From the IMG/VR virus record IMGVR_UViG_3300008253_000110, positions 158 to 64,157 of that record: DNA of 64,000 bases. One strand, given 5' to 3'. The notes under the pieces were generated by a model. It worked only from the letters and a program-made list of their open reading frames with translations. It did no database searches and had not been told where the DNA came from. This document shows, piece after piece, positions 1-10,628 of the stretch. The stretch comes from a virus. The stretch's first letter is position 1. Each line of letters begins with the position of its first letter. The position numbers and the translations under genes were made by a program.

Positions 1-2201
1 TTAACCCAAGATGTACCATCCCAGACTGCTAATTTATTTAATGTAGAATCATAAACCAGATCACCAGAAGATGAACCTGTAGGTAATCCAGAAGTACTAA
101 AACTACTAAGACGAAGAGGTGAATTTTGTATTACAACAGCCCCTACTGGATCCAAGATTAGATTAGAAGCTGAAGTAATAGTAGGTACACCTGTCGCTGT
201 ACTACTAAACTCATTACTTGTAACTTTAGTGGTAGTAATTTGACCAGTGGTAGCAATCTCACCATCAATGCTTAATTTCTCGTTTGCAGCACTCCAATGG
301 AATTTTCCAACTGGTGTTGCTCCTGGTGCTGTATAGCCATAAAAATAAACGTCTGAATTCTTATCTACCTTTAATCCAAGATAAGGTACGGCGGAATGGT
401 AAGTCTTTATCGTAAATTCACCATTACCACCGTTGTCTGTATGGTTTCCCTCAAGCCTTACAATTGGTCGAAATGTAGTAGCATCTTTATTAGAAAATAT
501 TAATGCGCTTGTTCCAGCAGTTTGTGTTGTGGAGTTTCCTATTACTAAACTGTCACCAGTAGCTGTATTACAAGTCACCTGACCATTTGAATCATTATAT
601 GTTAGACTTGCAGCACCACCAAATGAACCGTTATTATTATATTGTACTTGTGTATCAGAACCACCTACGGGTGTTAAAGTATCTGTATCTGTCGGAACAA
701 CCCAAGTGCCATCTGCTCTTAAGAATTTAGTGTCATCACTAGTCGTTGATGTAGGTACTAATCCAGCGGTTGTTCCTGTAAAGTTAGAATATGTTGATGA
801 TATAACACCTGCCGCAGATATAGCTATATTTGTACCAGGGGTATATGAATCCGATGTTATAGTTTGTAATGGATCACTTGAGTATACAATTAATGAAAAT
901 GGAAATGTTGATGGTGATACATATGAACCTGATGCATCAGCTGAGATAATCCTAAATCCTGCAGTAGTTTTATTAACAGTTTCTATTTGTAAGTGATCAT
1001 AACTTTCAGAATCTGTAACTACTGAATAATTAGAATCTGGTTGTGCTGTATTAAATGTAAATTGTATTTCACCATTTATCGGGTTATAACTACCCCATGA
1101 TATACCAGGTCCAGTTCCGGAGCCTGGGTGTGATAATCTAGCTTGAGCAGCTGGTAATATGGCTGATGCAGTAGCACCTGCTGTAGCATTAGTACCGATA
1201 ACCCATTTACTTGTAACACTATCATATTTAAGAATAGAATTGTTGGTGATTCCGCTAGTGTTAGTATCAGTTAAACCTGCAACAGTATCAGTATCAGTCC
1301 AAGGGACATTAACATACATCTGCTCGGAAGATAGTACGACTGGATAATCCTTACCAGTTTGGGTAAACCCTATCTTAACTAAACCTAAAGTTCCTGATGT
1401 TGCTGTAGAGTATGTTGTATTCCAATCATCACCAATAACCCATTTAGATGTAGTAATATCATATTTAAGAATAGCATTATGAGAGACTCCAGTAGTATCA
1501 GTATCTGTTAAATCAGAAAGAGTATGTGTATTCCAATCATCACCAATAACCCATTTAGATGTAGTAATATCATATTTAAGAATAGCATTATGAGAGACTC
1601 CAGTAGTATCAGTATCTGTTAAACCAGAAAGAGTATCTGTGTTAGTATCTGTCCAAGGGACATTAACATAAGCCTTATCAGAACCATCTAATACAAGTGG
1701 GTAATCCTTACCAGTCTGGGTAAACCCTATCTTAACTAAACCTAAAGTTGATGATGTTGCTGTAGAGTATGTTGCAGACTGATCAGTAGCAATAACCCAT
1801 TTAGATGTGCTACTATCATATTTAAGAATAGAATCATTAATGACTCCAGCAGTATTAGTATCTGTTAAGCCAGAGAGAGTATCTGTGTTAGTATCTGTCC
1901 AAGGGACATTAACATAAGCCTGATTATTCGCATCTAATACAAGTGGGTAATCATTACCAGTCTGGGTAAATCCTATTTTAATTAATCCAGGATCAATTGA
2001 ATCAGCTATATTTCTAGTAGTTAATTCAACTATTCCTGTACTAACTCCTGCTATAAATGAACCATCATTTGTCCAGAGTGATTTATCAGTTGTGTTTAAT
2101 GCCAACTCACCCTGCTCTATGTAGGCAGGATCAGTTGATGGGGAAGCAACAGGTTCTTTACCTGATACCGCAGTCTGTTTTATTTTTAATCTAGTAGCCA
2201 T
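1..2201 (-). CDS. Tail fibre-like protein, truncated by the window edge (absent from the ORF track because no stop codon falls inside the window)
   Basis: Translated by hand from the ATG at 2201: MATRLKIKQTAVSGKEPVASPSTDPAYIEQGELALNT..., ending ...LAVWDGTSWV at base 3. It shares modules (GGSDTQVQYNNNGSFGG, GKFHWSAANEKLSIDGEIATT, PTITSASNLIL) with the 2691-aa fibre. Confidence 0.85.
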   Translation of the reverse strand, partial: MATRLKIKQTAVSGKEPVASPSTDPAYIEQGELALNTTDKSLWTNDGSFIAGVSTGIVELTTRNIADSIDPGLIKIGFTQTGNDYPLVLDANNQAYVNVPWTDTNTDTLSGLTDTNTAGVINDSILKYDSSTSKWVIATDQSATYSTATSSTLGLVKIGFTQTGKDYPLVLDGSDKAYVNVPWTDTNTDTLSGLTDTDTTGVSHNAILKYDITTSKWVIGDDWNTHTLSDLTDTDTTGVSHNAILKYDITTSKWVIGDDWNTTYSTATSGTLGLVKIGFTQTGKDYPVVLSSEQMYVNVPWTDTDTVAGLTDTNTSGITNNSILKYDSVTSKWVIGTNATAGATASAILPAAQARLSHPGSGTGPGISWGSYNPINGEIQFTFNTAQPDSNYSVVTDSESYDHLQIETVNKTTAGFRIISADASGSYVSPSTFPFSLIVYSSDPLQTITSDSYTPGTNIAISAAGVISSTYSNFTGTTAGLVPTSTTSDDTKFLRADGTWVVPTDTDTLTPVGGSDTQVQYNNNGSFGGAASLTYNDSNGQVTCNTATGDSLVIGNSTTQTAGTSALIFSNKDATTFRPIVRLEGNHTDNGGNGEFTIKTYHSAVPYLGLKVDKNSDVYFYGYTAPGATPVGKFHWSAANEKLSIDGEIATTGQITTTKVTSNEFSSTATGVPTITSASNLILDPVGAVVIQNSPLRLSSFSTSGLPTGSSSGDLVYDSTLNKLAVWDGTSWV
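1417..1636. repeat. Near-perfect 111-bp (37-aa) tandem duplication inside the fibre gene
   Basis: 1417-1525 is nearly identical to 1528-1636 and encodes TLS[DG]LTDTDTTGVSHNAILKYDITTSKWVIGDDWNT twice. Confidence 0.9.
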
Positions 2202-2250
2202 ATATATGGGTCTCTTTATATATTATTTAATATACTCTTATTTAGTTGTT

Positions 2251-4398
2251 CTAGAATGTTCCACAATCAATGATAGTATCTCCTGTTATAACACCATCTG
2301 TCATTCTACCTGCAGAGTCTATAACCATTGGATCTTTATAATTAATCTCTTCCCATGCTGTTAATGTTGGGTCAGTATTACCAGGTGCATCAGTGGCAGT
2401 CATTGTCCAACCACCTGCAGCTTTATATACGAAATATTTAGTTACACCAGCAAGTACATGTCTAACAATAACTCCAGTAGAATAGTATGTGGTCATTCCA
2501 GAGGACCATAAGTCAGGAGTAGTTCCTATAGTTACTTTGTTTGCTAGAAAAGCTGCACCAGCAGGTGAAGAGGCCGTATTAAAACTAGATGCTCCAGCGA
2601 CATTTAATGTGCCTGCAGTAACTACATCACCATTTGCACCATCGACAGTAAAATGATCCACATATATAGTAGATTCCGAATATACCGTTCCAGTTCTAAC
2701 TTTGATTCCGCCTTCGAGTGTAGATAATCCACTAACATCTAATGTACCTTGAGTTACTACATCACCATTTGTACCAGATACAGTAAAATTATCAGTATCA
2801 ACTTGTATACCACCATCGAGTGTAGATAATCCACTAACATTTAATGTACCTTGGGTTACTACATCACCATCTAATGCAGCTACAGTAAACTTATCAGTAT
2901 TAACTTGTATACCACCATTAGCATTTAATAGACCAGTTAATGTAGTTACTCCAGTAACACCTAAAGTTCCTCCAACTGTTGTGTCTCCAGTAATTGATGC
3001 ATCTCCAGATAGTGACATATCACCAAAAGCAACATCACCCCAAGCGGCACTAAAGTCTTCAGGAGTGTATGTATACGCAGCTATTTGAATAGATGCCCCT
3101 GAACCATTATTGTACTGTGCCTCTGTAATACCTGAATAGGCTCTTTGTGTCCAATCTACAAGTGTTGGTACTCTTGTACTTGTAGCGACTGTTACTGCAG
3201 CAGGTGCCGTTGCAACCGAAGTATCGGGTTTAAATACAAACTTTGAAGATTGAATATCAAAACCAAAGAAACCAGTTTTGACTGCAGTACCATTACCATA
3301 ATCAAATGTAACCCCACGATCAAGACCATCATCAAGTACTAATGAACCTTCACCGAGATGCATTACAGGATCAGCTATAGTTACAACAGTAGATTCTACA
3401 GTAGTAGTAGTTCCCTCTACGGTTAGATCACCTGATACTAATAGATTAGTATTTACTTTAACTTGACCTAATGATCCCTGTGCAGCCTTACCATTAATTA
3501 CATCAACTTGAAGTTCAGTTGAGTTAAGTCTCATTTCTTCAGTATTAGCTATAAAGAATCTTAGTGTATCATCAACTGTAACGTGACTTGGATTTCCTGT
3601 AGAATCTCCTGCATTATCTTCTTCTGCGGTGATATATGTATCTTGGTCAGTATCTATTACACCACCAAGACCAGTCCAATTACCATCAACTACACCTTCA
3701 AATCTATGAGTACTTGTATTGTATCTAATTGAACCAGTCATTGCTTGAGTATCACTAACTGTTCCGGATGTTGCTATTTTTCTAGTAGTAGTAGGGCCTG
3801 CAGGAATTCGAAGAACACCTGTTCCACCTGTTCCAAGTGCAACATCACCAGCACCTTTAGGTGTTATAGTAATAGATTGATTAGCAGTTTGATCAAAAAG
3901 ACCACCTTCTGCATTTATTGTATTACCATCAATTTTAAGATTATCAACTATTGCCGAGCCATATACTTTAAGATGTTGGACTGTTGTTGTGTTACCAATA
4001 TCTAAATTACCAGCAAATTCCTGATTTGATGTAAATTTAATCTTACCGGTACCATTTGCACTTAATGTTAAATCACCATTACCATTTGTAATAGATATTG
4101 TATTCCCATCTAATGTAATATTATCTACATTAAGTACATCAATTTTTCTATCACTATCTACTATAATTGCTGAATCAGCAGTTAATGTACCATGTGTATG
4201 GTCTAGCATCTGGGTGAAATATTCTCCACCAATAATAAGATTATCTGAAGATGCTAATTCACTACCTATATATAATTTAGAGCCACCACCTGACTGAGCT
4301 CCTGTACCAAAAGTGTATGCTAATTCACCTTGTGATAATTGATTTGCAAGAGGTGCTGTAACACCTGCGGATTGTTTGATTTTTATTACTGTTGCCAT
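2251..4398 (-). CDS. Tail fibre / virion structural protein (715 aa)
   Basis: The N-terminus MATVIKIKQS...QGELAY and the C-terminal IDCGTF are typical of myovirus fibre-like proteins. It has G/T/D-rich beta repeats and three ~35-aa repeats (DxFTVxxxxGDVVTxGTLxV). Confidence 0.75.
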   Translation of the reverse strand: MATVIKIKQSAGVTAPLANQLSQGELAYTFGTGAQSGGGSKLYIGSELASSDNLIIGGEYFTQMLDHTHGTLTADSAIIVDSDRKIDVLNVDNITLDGNTISITNGNGDLTLSANGTGKIKFTSNQEFAGNLDIGNTTTVQHLKVYGSAIVDNLKIDGNTINAEGGLFDQTANQSITITPKGAGDVALGTGGTGVLRIPAGPTTTRKIATSGTVSDTQAMTGSIRYNTSTHRFEGVVDGNWTGLGGVIDTDQDTYITAEEDNAGDSTGNPSHVTVDDTLRFFIANTEEMRLNSTELQVDVINGKAAQGSLGQVKVNTNLLVSGDLTVEGTTTTVESTVVTIADPVMHLGEGSLVLDDGLDRGVTFDYGNGTAVKTGFFGFDIQSSKFVFKPDTSVATAPAAVTVATSTRVPTLVDWTQRAYSGITEAQYNNGSGASIQIAAYTYTPEDFSAAWGDVAFGDMSLSGDASITGDTTVGGTLGVTGVTTLTGLLNANGGIQVNTDKFTVAALDGDVVTQGTLNVSGLSTLDGGIQVDTDNFTVSGTNGDVVTQGTLDVSGLSTLEGGIKVRTGTVYSESTIYVDHFTVDGANGDVVTAGTLNVAGASSFNTASSPAGAAFLANKVTIGTTPDLWSSGMTTYYSTGVIVRHVLAGVTKYFVYKAAGGWTMTATDAPGNTDPTLTAWEEINYKDPMVIDSAGRMTDGVITGDTIIDCGTF
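2590..2910. repeat. Three ~35-aa internal repeats; two are near-identical at DNA level with a 105-bp period
   Basis: tcgagtgtagataatccactaacat.taatgtaccttg.gttactacatcacca occurs near 2713 and near 2817. Confidence 0.8.
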
Positions 4399-4468
4399 TG
4401 TTAGAACTCCTAATTCTATTTAATTTATATTTGTTTTATTGTGGTAGGGTTATCTGTCTTATATAAGA

Positions 4469-4687
4469 CTAAAACGTTCCACCTATAATGAATAAATTAG
4501 AATGTTCTAATTTTGGTTTTACTTTGTATTTTGCTGCCGCTGCGTCCCATATAATAATGGACCCATCTATTTTTTCTGTTATATCTACATCATTTAAAGC
4601 ATCCAATCTACCGGAATTGTTAATAGTAGATGTAAGTTGGATATTCTGTGTAGCTGTTCCTACTTTTATATAATCTATTGTACTCAT
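4469..4687 (-). CDS. Small virion-associated hypothetical protein (72 aa)
   Basis: It carries the LDALNDVD...GSIIIWD...KY fibre-type repeat and ends in IGGTF, like the neighbouring fibre; it is in the operon orientation. Confidence 0.7.
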   Translation of the reverse strand: MSTIDYIKVGTATQNIQLTSTINNSGRLDALNDVDITEKIDGSIIIWDAAAAKYKVKPKLEHSNLFIIGGTF

Positions 4688-4704
4688 CTTTCTCTACTCC
4701 CAGT

Positions 4705-5109
4705 CTATATGAGTTTAGTTACATTACCTGAAAGTAATATATTTCCCTGCAAAATCCTTTCAACTATAGGTTGTTCTGTTGTTGAATTAAAACTCTTAAC
4801 CTCAATATCATAGATATAACGGCCTGGTTTCATTGTATTTGATACAGTATAAGGTAATCTAAGAATCACAATACCATTTATTGCATCAAGTACTTGAATA
4901 TTAAATTCATAAGATTTAATTGAATTAAAAGATTTTCTAATCTGACCTTTAATAACTGGATATGTACCCGGTGTCTGGAAAGCTGGATTATTATTAGCAT
5001 CCAAAACATATTCTCTAAGATCGAAAGGATTTAAGTCTTTATCGAATAAGGATACTGAGACTTCAAAATCAGTCCCCTGATCTATATTTAAATTACTAAT
5101 TGCCGCCAT
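4705..5109 (-). CDS. Conserved myovirus structural/adaptor-like protein (134 aa)
   Basis: The pattern MAAISNLNIDQGTDF...GRYIYDIEV...RILQG is one I recognise from small tail-region proteins of T4-like phages. A TATAAATA box lies upstream. Confidence 0.65.
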   Translation of the reverse strand: MAAISNLNIDQGTDFEVSVSLFDKDLNPFDLREYVLDANNNPAFQTPGTYPVIKGQIRKSFNSIKSYEFNIQVLDAINGIVILRLPYTVSNTMKPGRYIYDIEVKSFNSTTEQPIVERILQGNILLSGNVTKLI

Positions 5110-5144
5110 TGTGTGATTTCTCTTGTTATAGGTATTATTATTAC

Positions 5145-5152
5145 TATTTATA
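5145..5152 (-). promoter_or_regulatory. T4-type late promoter (TATAAATA)
   Basis: Exact match in intergenic DNA about 36 nt upstream of the ATG at 5109. Confidence 0.65.
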
Positions 5153-5187
5153 TATAATATGTTTCATTAGTTATCAACTGTCTTATG

Positions 5188-6903
5188 TCAATCAATATTC
5201 CATGGTTCAGGACTATTATATGGCCAATATGCTATTTTATTAGGTGCTCCATAAAGTCTTGGGATAACATTATTTTTATTAAATCCGAACTCAGTCTCAT
5301 CAATTGAATTGTATACAACTGAATTAGTTAATGCATGTTCCGTAAGAAAATCTTTAAATTGCTGTGCTGTCCCCTTTGGATTCATTTGTAACCATAATGC
5401 CCCCATACCAGTTATTTGAGGTGTGGCAAATGATGTTCCTGATGCTCGTATTGCATAATGTGTGGGTGCAGTTCCATCTAGATCTGTCGTTGTTTTTCCC
5501 CAAAACGACGAACTCATCGCGGTACTTATACGATCTCCCGCTGCTATTATATCAATACGAGGGCCTCGCTCACTATCCCTCCACATAAATTCTTGATTCT
5601 CACCATCCTCATAAACGGCATTGTCCAGACATGCTACAAATAGTGTATCATCACTTTCAGGTGTACTTACTCTATTAAAATACACTTTATCTGATGGATC
5701 TGGAGTACCATTTATGTTCTCAGAAACAAAAGCATTATCAGACATTCTAGCATCATAATAGGGTCCATCAGGAGGTCCAGCCATCGGGTGATAAGAATTC
5801 CCTGCGGCTCTAACACAAATTATACCTGCATCTGTTAACTGTTTTTGTTCAATATTGTAACCTATATCAATACCTCCAAAATGTGAACCTACTAAACCAA
5901 ATGGTATACCATCAGTTTGGCCTTCACCAGTACCAATACTAGTAACAGTTGTTCCAGCTGATAATACCTGATTACCCTGCCACCAAAATTCAGTAAGATG
6001 CCTACCGCTACCGGCGTGATCAGTATATTTTTCTGGTACTAAATAAAAGCTTTGATTTACAATAGTAGGCCTACCGGTATAAAGACTATCATCCGGGTCA
6101 TTTTTTCTCTCATGCCATAATCTGATAAGATCAAATGATTGAGAAGCGAAATTTTCCTCCACCGTTTCCTCACCGTCCGGTGTTAGAATATTAACACTAT
6201 AAATATGAGCATTTTTCGCCCAGCCATAATGGTTACCTGCTGCTATACCTGCACACCCAGTTCCGTGAGATCCAAACAAGGACGGCAGATTTGTGCCCCC
6301 ATTTGGGTCAATCCCGTAATAAGTAGGTATATCTGTGGTTATAATACCAGGTATAATCTGGTTCCAGTCAAATTGTATATGTCTTGAATTACCATCAGCA
6401 TCATGAAATTGTGAATGCCATGGATCTATACCATTATCCATAATGACAATATCAACACCAGTACCATCTAATGTATAATTATAATCCCCCGGCATATACG
6501 GAGCCTCTGAGGATCCACCCCCACTAATAAAGTTATAACTTTGCTCAGTATGTCTTTTTAATCCCCAATTACAACCTCCGTGAATACCTTCTTGGTTGTA
6601 TGCATCATAGCCGCGAGAAAAATTATTAGTTTGTGTTGCAGCAAGAACAAAGGGTTTAGCCTTTGGTAATACTGCAAGAATTCTAGGATCTTTTGATAGT
6701 TCAGTTGCTTCTTCATCCGATAATGTATAATGGGTAATTCTATTATTAAATTTTTTAGCATGAAGCACATCAACAATTCTATTCGGAATATATGTGGTAC
6801 TGTCACTAGTGTCACTAGTAGTATCCCGTTCTAGCTCAAATTCTAGTTCAGCAATATCAATACCTTCTTCTGAAATTACTCTATATTCCTTATTATCAGT
6901 CAT
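5188..6903 (-). CDS. Subtilisin-like S8 serine protease 1 (571 aa)
   Basis: Catalytic motifs VDIVIMDNG, HGTGCAGIAAG and GTSFATPQITG, oxyanion AAGN, and a ~90-aa N-terminal prodomain-like segment. Confidence 0.93.
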   Translation of the reverse strand: MTDNKEYRVISEEGIDIAELEFELERDTTSDTSDSTTYIPNRIVDVLHAKKFNNRITHYTLSDEEATELSKDPRILAVLPKAKPFVLAATQTNNFSRGYDAYNQEGIHGGCNWGLKRHTEQSYNFISGGGSSEAPYMPGDYNYTLDGTGVDIVIMDNGIDPWHSQFHDADGNSRHIQFDWNQIIPGIITTDIPTYYGIDPNGGTNLPSLFGSHGTGCAGIAAGNHYGWAKNAHIYSVNILTPDGEETVEENFASQSFDLIRLWHERKNDPDDSLYTGRPTIVNQSFYLVPEKYTDHAGSGRHLTEFWWQGNQVLSAGTTVTSIGTGEGQTDGIPFGLVGSHFGGIDIGYNIEQKQLTDAGIICVRAAGNSYHPMAGPPDGPYYDARMSDNAFVSENINGTPDPSDKVYFNRVSTPESDDTLFVACLDNAVYEDGENQEFMWRDSERGPRIDIIAAGDRISTAMSSSFWGKTTTDLDGTAPTHYAIRASGTSFATPQITGMGALWLQMNPKGTAQQFKDFLTEHALTNSVVYNSIDETEFGFNKNNVIPRLYGAPNKIAYWPYNSPEPWNID

Positions 6904-6920
6904 TTAAATACCTTTATAAC

Positions 6921-8453
6921 TTATGAAATGGTTACATTTTGCATATTTATCTGTACAGAATCATTAAATTTGTTATAAGCAAACCTAATAGGACTATTTT
7001 GAAGACTTCTATAGTTAGTGTAATCACTATCCAATCCTGTAGTATATAGCTTATCTGTTGTGTCACCAATTATAGATTGATGCATCTGCTCAGGAGCTCT
7101 TGAAGGATTTACCTGACAATGTAATGCAACCATTCCACAAATTTGTGGAGAAGCCATTGATGTTCCTGTCATATTTTTAATCATAAAATTCGTATCAAAA
7201 GGATATGGGTCTTCACTGTAATGATTTTGGGTTGAGATAGTACTCACAATGTTTGTTCCCGGTGCATATATATTAACAGCAGGTCCACATGCAGAAGAAC
7301 TCCTCTTCTGGTCAAGAGTACCTGTTGTGGATCGGTCTACATTCCCGACCATAAAGGCCCTAGAACTAAATGGAGACCCTCCTCTATGATAGTATCCGCT
7401 ACCAGTAGATCGATAAACTATGTTGTCGTAATCTGATCCACCTGGAACATCACATTTCTGATAATGGTTACCTGATGCAATACAAACATGAATACCTGCG
7501 TCAATCATTTCTTCTATATCAGCATCTAGTCCTGCATTTCTTGAGCCAAAATAGTATATCCCGTTTTTGGGATACCCAATCATTCCTTTGGAGGAATCCC
7601 TAGCAGTACCTGACCATGCTGTACCCCTATAATTACCACCAGTGATATTGCTAAAGGGGCTAACGCTTTGCCAACTCATATTAACAACCGTAGGACGTTT
7701 AACACCAGTGACAGGATCAACAGGTTTATTATTATGCCATCCTTTAATAATGTCTTGACTATAATAAGTGCTAAATCCTGTACCACTATCACCGTCGCCC
7801 GCCAAAGCATCAATCTTAACGCTGTAGATTCTAGCATTTTTCGCCCAGCCATAAGTTTTACCTGATACTGTGCCAGCACAATGAGTTCCATGTCCGTGAA
7901 AATCTCTATAATGGTTTGCATGCTGGGTACCCGAAATACCAGATTCTGCATACCAGTCAATTTCCTGAACCCTTGAATTACCATCAGCATCTTGAAATTC
8001 CGGATGATCTATTTGTAAACCGGAATCTGATATTACAACATCAACACCTGTACCGTCTAGTGTATAATTATAAACCTCTCCACCATCTAGAAAATCAGTA
8101 GCCCCATAAACATTTTCAAAATGGTTCATCCTAACCATCCCCCAGTTTAAACCAGAATTGTAACTTGTTTTCGTCCAATCCCCATCTTGTTGGGCAGCAG
8201 GTACAATCTCTACATCTTCAAGTTGCTCCAGAGGTAATTCAACATCCATTACTCGAGAATCAGATTTTAGTGATTCTGCTTCCTCAGACGTTAACATATA
8301 GTGAGTATTTCTTTTAGACAATTGACGGGCATTTGCTACTACTGGACTACGGCCTGGTATAAAACCGTCACCTGTAGTTGCAACCATCTCAGCGTCAAAT
8401 GTAGAATAATCCACATCTTTATGTAAGGTTACAATATATTCTTTTTCACTCAT
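6921..8453 (-). CDS. Subtilisin-like S8 serine protease 2 (510 aa)
   Basis: Motifs VDVVISDSG, HGTHCAGTVSG, ASGN and GTSMASPQICG. Confidence 0.94.
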   Translation of the reverse strand: MSEKEYIVTLHKDVDYSTFDAEMVATTGDGFIPGRSPVVANARQLSKRNTHYMLTSEEAESLKSDSRVMDVELPLEQLEDVEIVPAAQQDGDWTKTSYNSGLNWGMVRMNHFENVYGATDFLDGGEVYNYTLDGTGVDVVISDSGLQIDHPEFQDADGNSRVQEIDWYAESGISGTQHANHYRDFHGHGTHCAGTVSGKTYGWAKNARIYSVKIDALAGDGDSGTGFSTYYSQDIIKGWHNNKPVDPVTGVKRPTVVNMSWQSVSPFSNITGGNYRGTAWSGTARDSSKGMIGYPKNGIYYFGSRNAGLDADIEEMIDAGIHVCIASGNHYQKCDVPGGSDYDNIVYRSTGSGYYHRGGSPFSSRAFMVGNVDRSTTGTLDQKRSSSACGPAVNIYAPGTNIVSTISTQNHYSEDPYPFDTNFMIKNMTGTSMASPQICGMVALHCQVNPSRAPEQMHQSIIGDTTDKLYTTGLDSDYTNYRSLQNSPIRFAYNKFNDSVQINMQNVTIS

Positions 8454-8477
8454 TCTCTTTCCTTTTTAATATTGTGT

Positions 8478-10616
8478 CTAATTGTTACTATAAGTCATAG
8501 TTATGGGGTCATATAGTTTATCTGCACTACCTTCACTAGCAGTAATTGTAGCAGAAACATCCCACGGTTTGGTACCAGAATATGGCCAATATGCTATTCT
8601 ATCTGGCGTTCCGAAGGTGGGTCCTGGCTTCCAATGGTAGCCTTCCGGTGCTTCAGAAGGGTCTTTTGAGCTGTCTGAGTTGTATTTCCAATAGGGTCCA
8701 AATCTTTCTGCTTCTAACGTTTCAGGGTCACTACGGAACAACCCTGTTTTAGCGTGTTCCGTAAGAAAATCTTTAAATTGCTGTGCTGTTCCCTTTGGAT
8801 TCATTTGTAACCATAATGCCCCCATACCAGTTATTTGAGGTGCAGCCATTGATGTACCAGTATACCGAGCCTTATAATCACCATTTGGATCAGCAGTTGG
8901 AGTTTCCCCTTGTCCTTCATAATAACCATATTCAGGTATCGATTGTGGCCAATGTGAATGCCGTAAGTAATTTTTATCATAGTATGCAAAGGAGGTGGCA
9001 CTCCATATACCTGTACCGGCTGCACATATATCCATACGAGGACCACGCACGCTGGTACTCCACATGTGCTCATCCCATTCTGGAATCCTTGTTTCATCAG
9101 TTAGATTTGCAACAATAATAGTATCATTACTCCAAGGAGATGCAGGACGACAGAAATATCGCTTTGTAAAGGCCGCATGACCATAATTTACTCCAGTATA
9201 ACCCCCAGGTGTTCCATCCTCCCATGGTACAAAAGTTCCTGACGCATCCTCTGCTGTTATAAAATAACTGTCCCATCTTTCATCATAATAGGGGGTACCA
9301 GGTGGTCCGACCTGAAACTGGTGGTTATTACCACCAGCTTTGCAACAAATTATACCTGCATCTGTTAACTGTTGTTGTTCAACATTTGACCAATTGACTT
9401 GATTTCCATGTTTTCCTCCAGCACCAATTAATCCGTATGTGTCAGGCCAGTTCTCCTGATGCCAAGGGAATGTTGGATCATCCCCTCCTCCTTCATTACC
9501 ACCACCTTCCCAATTTGGTGGGAGTCCCTCAAACCAATCCTGTATAAGAAAATTAGGATCCTCTACACCTTTATAAGCTATGGTCTGCATAAAGAACTGA
9601 TGTTTTTTTGAATAATCATCGTGTCCCAAACTACCCATTGGAGCGAATTGTCCAAAGCTTTGATTTACAATAGTAGGCCTGCCGGTATAAAGACTATCAG
9701 TTGGGTCATTCTTTCTTTCATGCCATAATCTGATAAGATCATAATAATGTGGATAGGCTATTGCTCCCTCACCATTTGGACCACCTATTAATTGTACATT
9801 ATAAATATGTGCATTTTTTGCCCAACCAAAAGTTTTACCTGCTGCAATACCCGCACAATGAGTTCCGTGCCCTTTATCCGATAAACTACTATTATCAGAC
9901 CAAGTTTCGGTATAATAGTTACTTGGCATACACCCAGGTATAATCTGGTTCCAGTCAAATTGTATATATCTTGAATTACCATCAGCATCTTGAAAATCAG
10001 CATGATCTACCATACCGTTATCCATAATAACAATATCAACACCAGTACCATCTAATGAATATTCCTCATCCCTAAGAGCTCCATCGTACCAAGTACTATA
10101 TCCTGCAAAGAACAAACCTCGATCCACTGAGTCCAAAACATGTCTTCTTAATCCCCAATTCTTAGAATGTGTATAGTAGTGATGGTAGGAAGAAGGAATA
10201 CCTCCCATTATAAAATGAACATCAGTATTTTTTGCACATATTTCATATGGGTTTTCATTAACTATCTCTACATCAAGAATTCTAGGATCTTTTGATAGTT
10301 CAGTTGCTTCTTCATTAGATAGTATATAAATGGTAATTCTATTATTGGCCTTTTTAGCATGGGCCACATCAACAATTCTATTCGGAATATGTATAGTACT
10401 GTCACTAGTGTCATTAGTAGTATCCCGTTCTAGCTCTAATTCTAGTTCAGCAATATCAATACCTTCTTCTGAAATTACCGCATATTTTCTTAAAGAAGGG
10501 ACAGGTTCAAAAATAGTATTTTCATCAATAATAGTTTTAATAATATTTTCATCAATAATAGGAGTAGCAGTATTTTTATCAACACCCTCATCCGACATAA
10601 TATCTTCATTTATCAT
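8478..10616 (-). CDS. Subtilisin-like S8 serine protease 3 (712 aa)
   Basis: Motifs VDIVIMDNG, HGTHCAGIAAG, AGGN and GTSMAAPQITG; a close paralogue of protease 1. Confidence 0.93.
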   Translation of the reverse strand: MINEDIMSDEGVDKNTATPIIDENIIKTIIDENTIFEPVPSLRKYAVISEEGIDIAELELELERDTTNDTSDSTIHIPNRIVDVAHAKKANNRITIYILSNEEATELSKDPRILDVEIVNENPYEICAKNTDVHFIMGGIPSSYHHYYTHSKNWGLRRHVLDSVDRGLFFAGYSTWYDGALRDEEYSLDGTGVDIVIMDNGMVDHADFQDADGNSRYIQFDWNQIIPGCMPSNYYTETWSDNSSLSDKGHGTHCAGIAAGKTFGWAKNAHIYNVQLIGGPNGEGAIAYPHYYDLIRLWHERKNDPTDSLYTGRPTIVNQSFGQFAPMGSLGHDDYSKKHQFFMQTIAYKGVEDPNFLIQDWFEGLPPNWEGGGNEGGGDDPTFPWHQENWPDTYGLIGAGGKHGNQVNWSNVEQQQLTDAGIICCKAGGNNHQFQVGPPGTPYYDERWDSYFITAEDASGTFVPWEDGTPGGYTGVNYGHAAFTKRYFCRPASPWSNDTIIVANLTDETRIPEWDEHMWSTSVRGPRMDICAAGTGIWSATSFAYYDKNYLRHSHWPQSIPEYGYYEGQGETPTADPNGDYKARYTGTSMAAPQITGMGALWLQMNPKGTAQQFKDFLTEHAKTGLFRSDPETLEAERFGPYWKYNSDSSKDPSEAPEGYHWKPGPTFGTPDRIAYWPYSGTKPWDVSATITASEGSADKLYDPITMTYSNN

Positions 10617-10628
10617 AATATATCCTTT

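Noticed and set aside
3061-3200. Mobile motif as a mini-intein or intron
   Set aside because: It is only about 40 aa, lacks intein terminal motifs (N-terminal Cys/Ser block, His-Asn end) and keeps the reading frame; no splice structure was seen.
6558-6815. Short alternative-frame minus-strand ORFs (for example 6558-6815, 7676-7990, 16298-16519, 29162-29380, 50397-50612, 59398-59580)
   Set aside because: They are nested in other frames of longer genes that have clear motifs.
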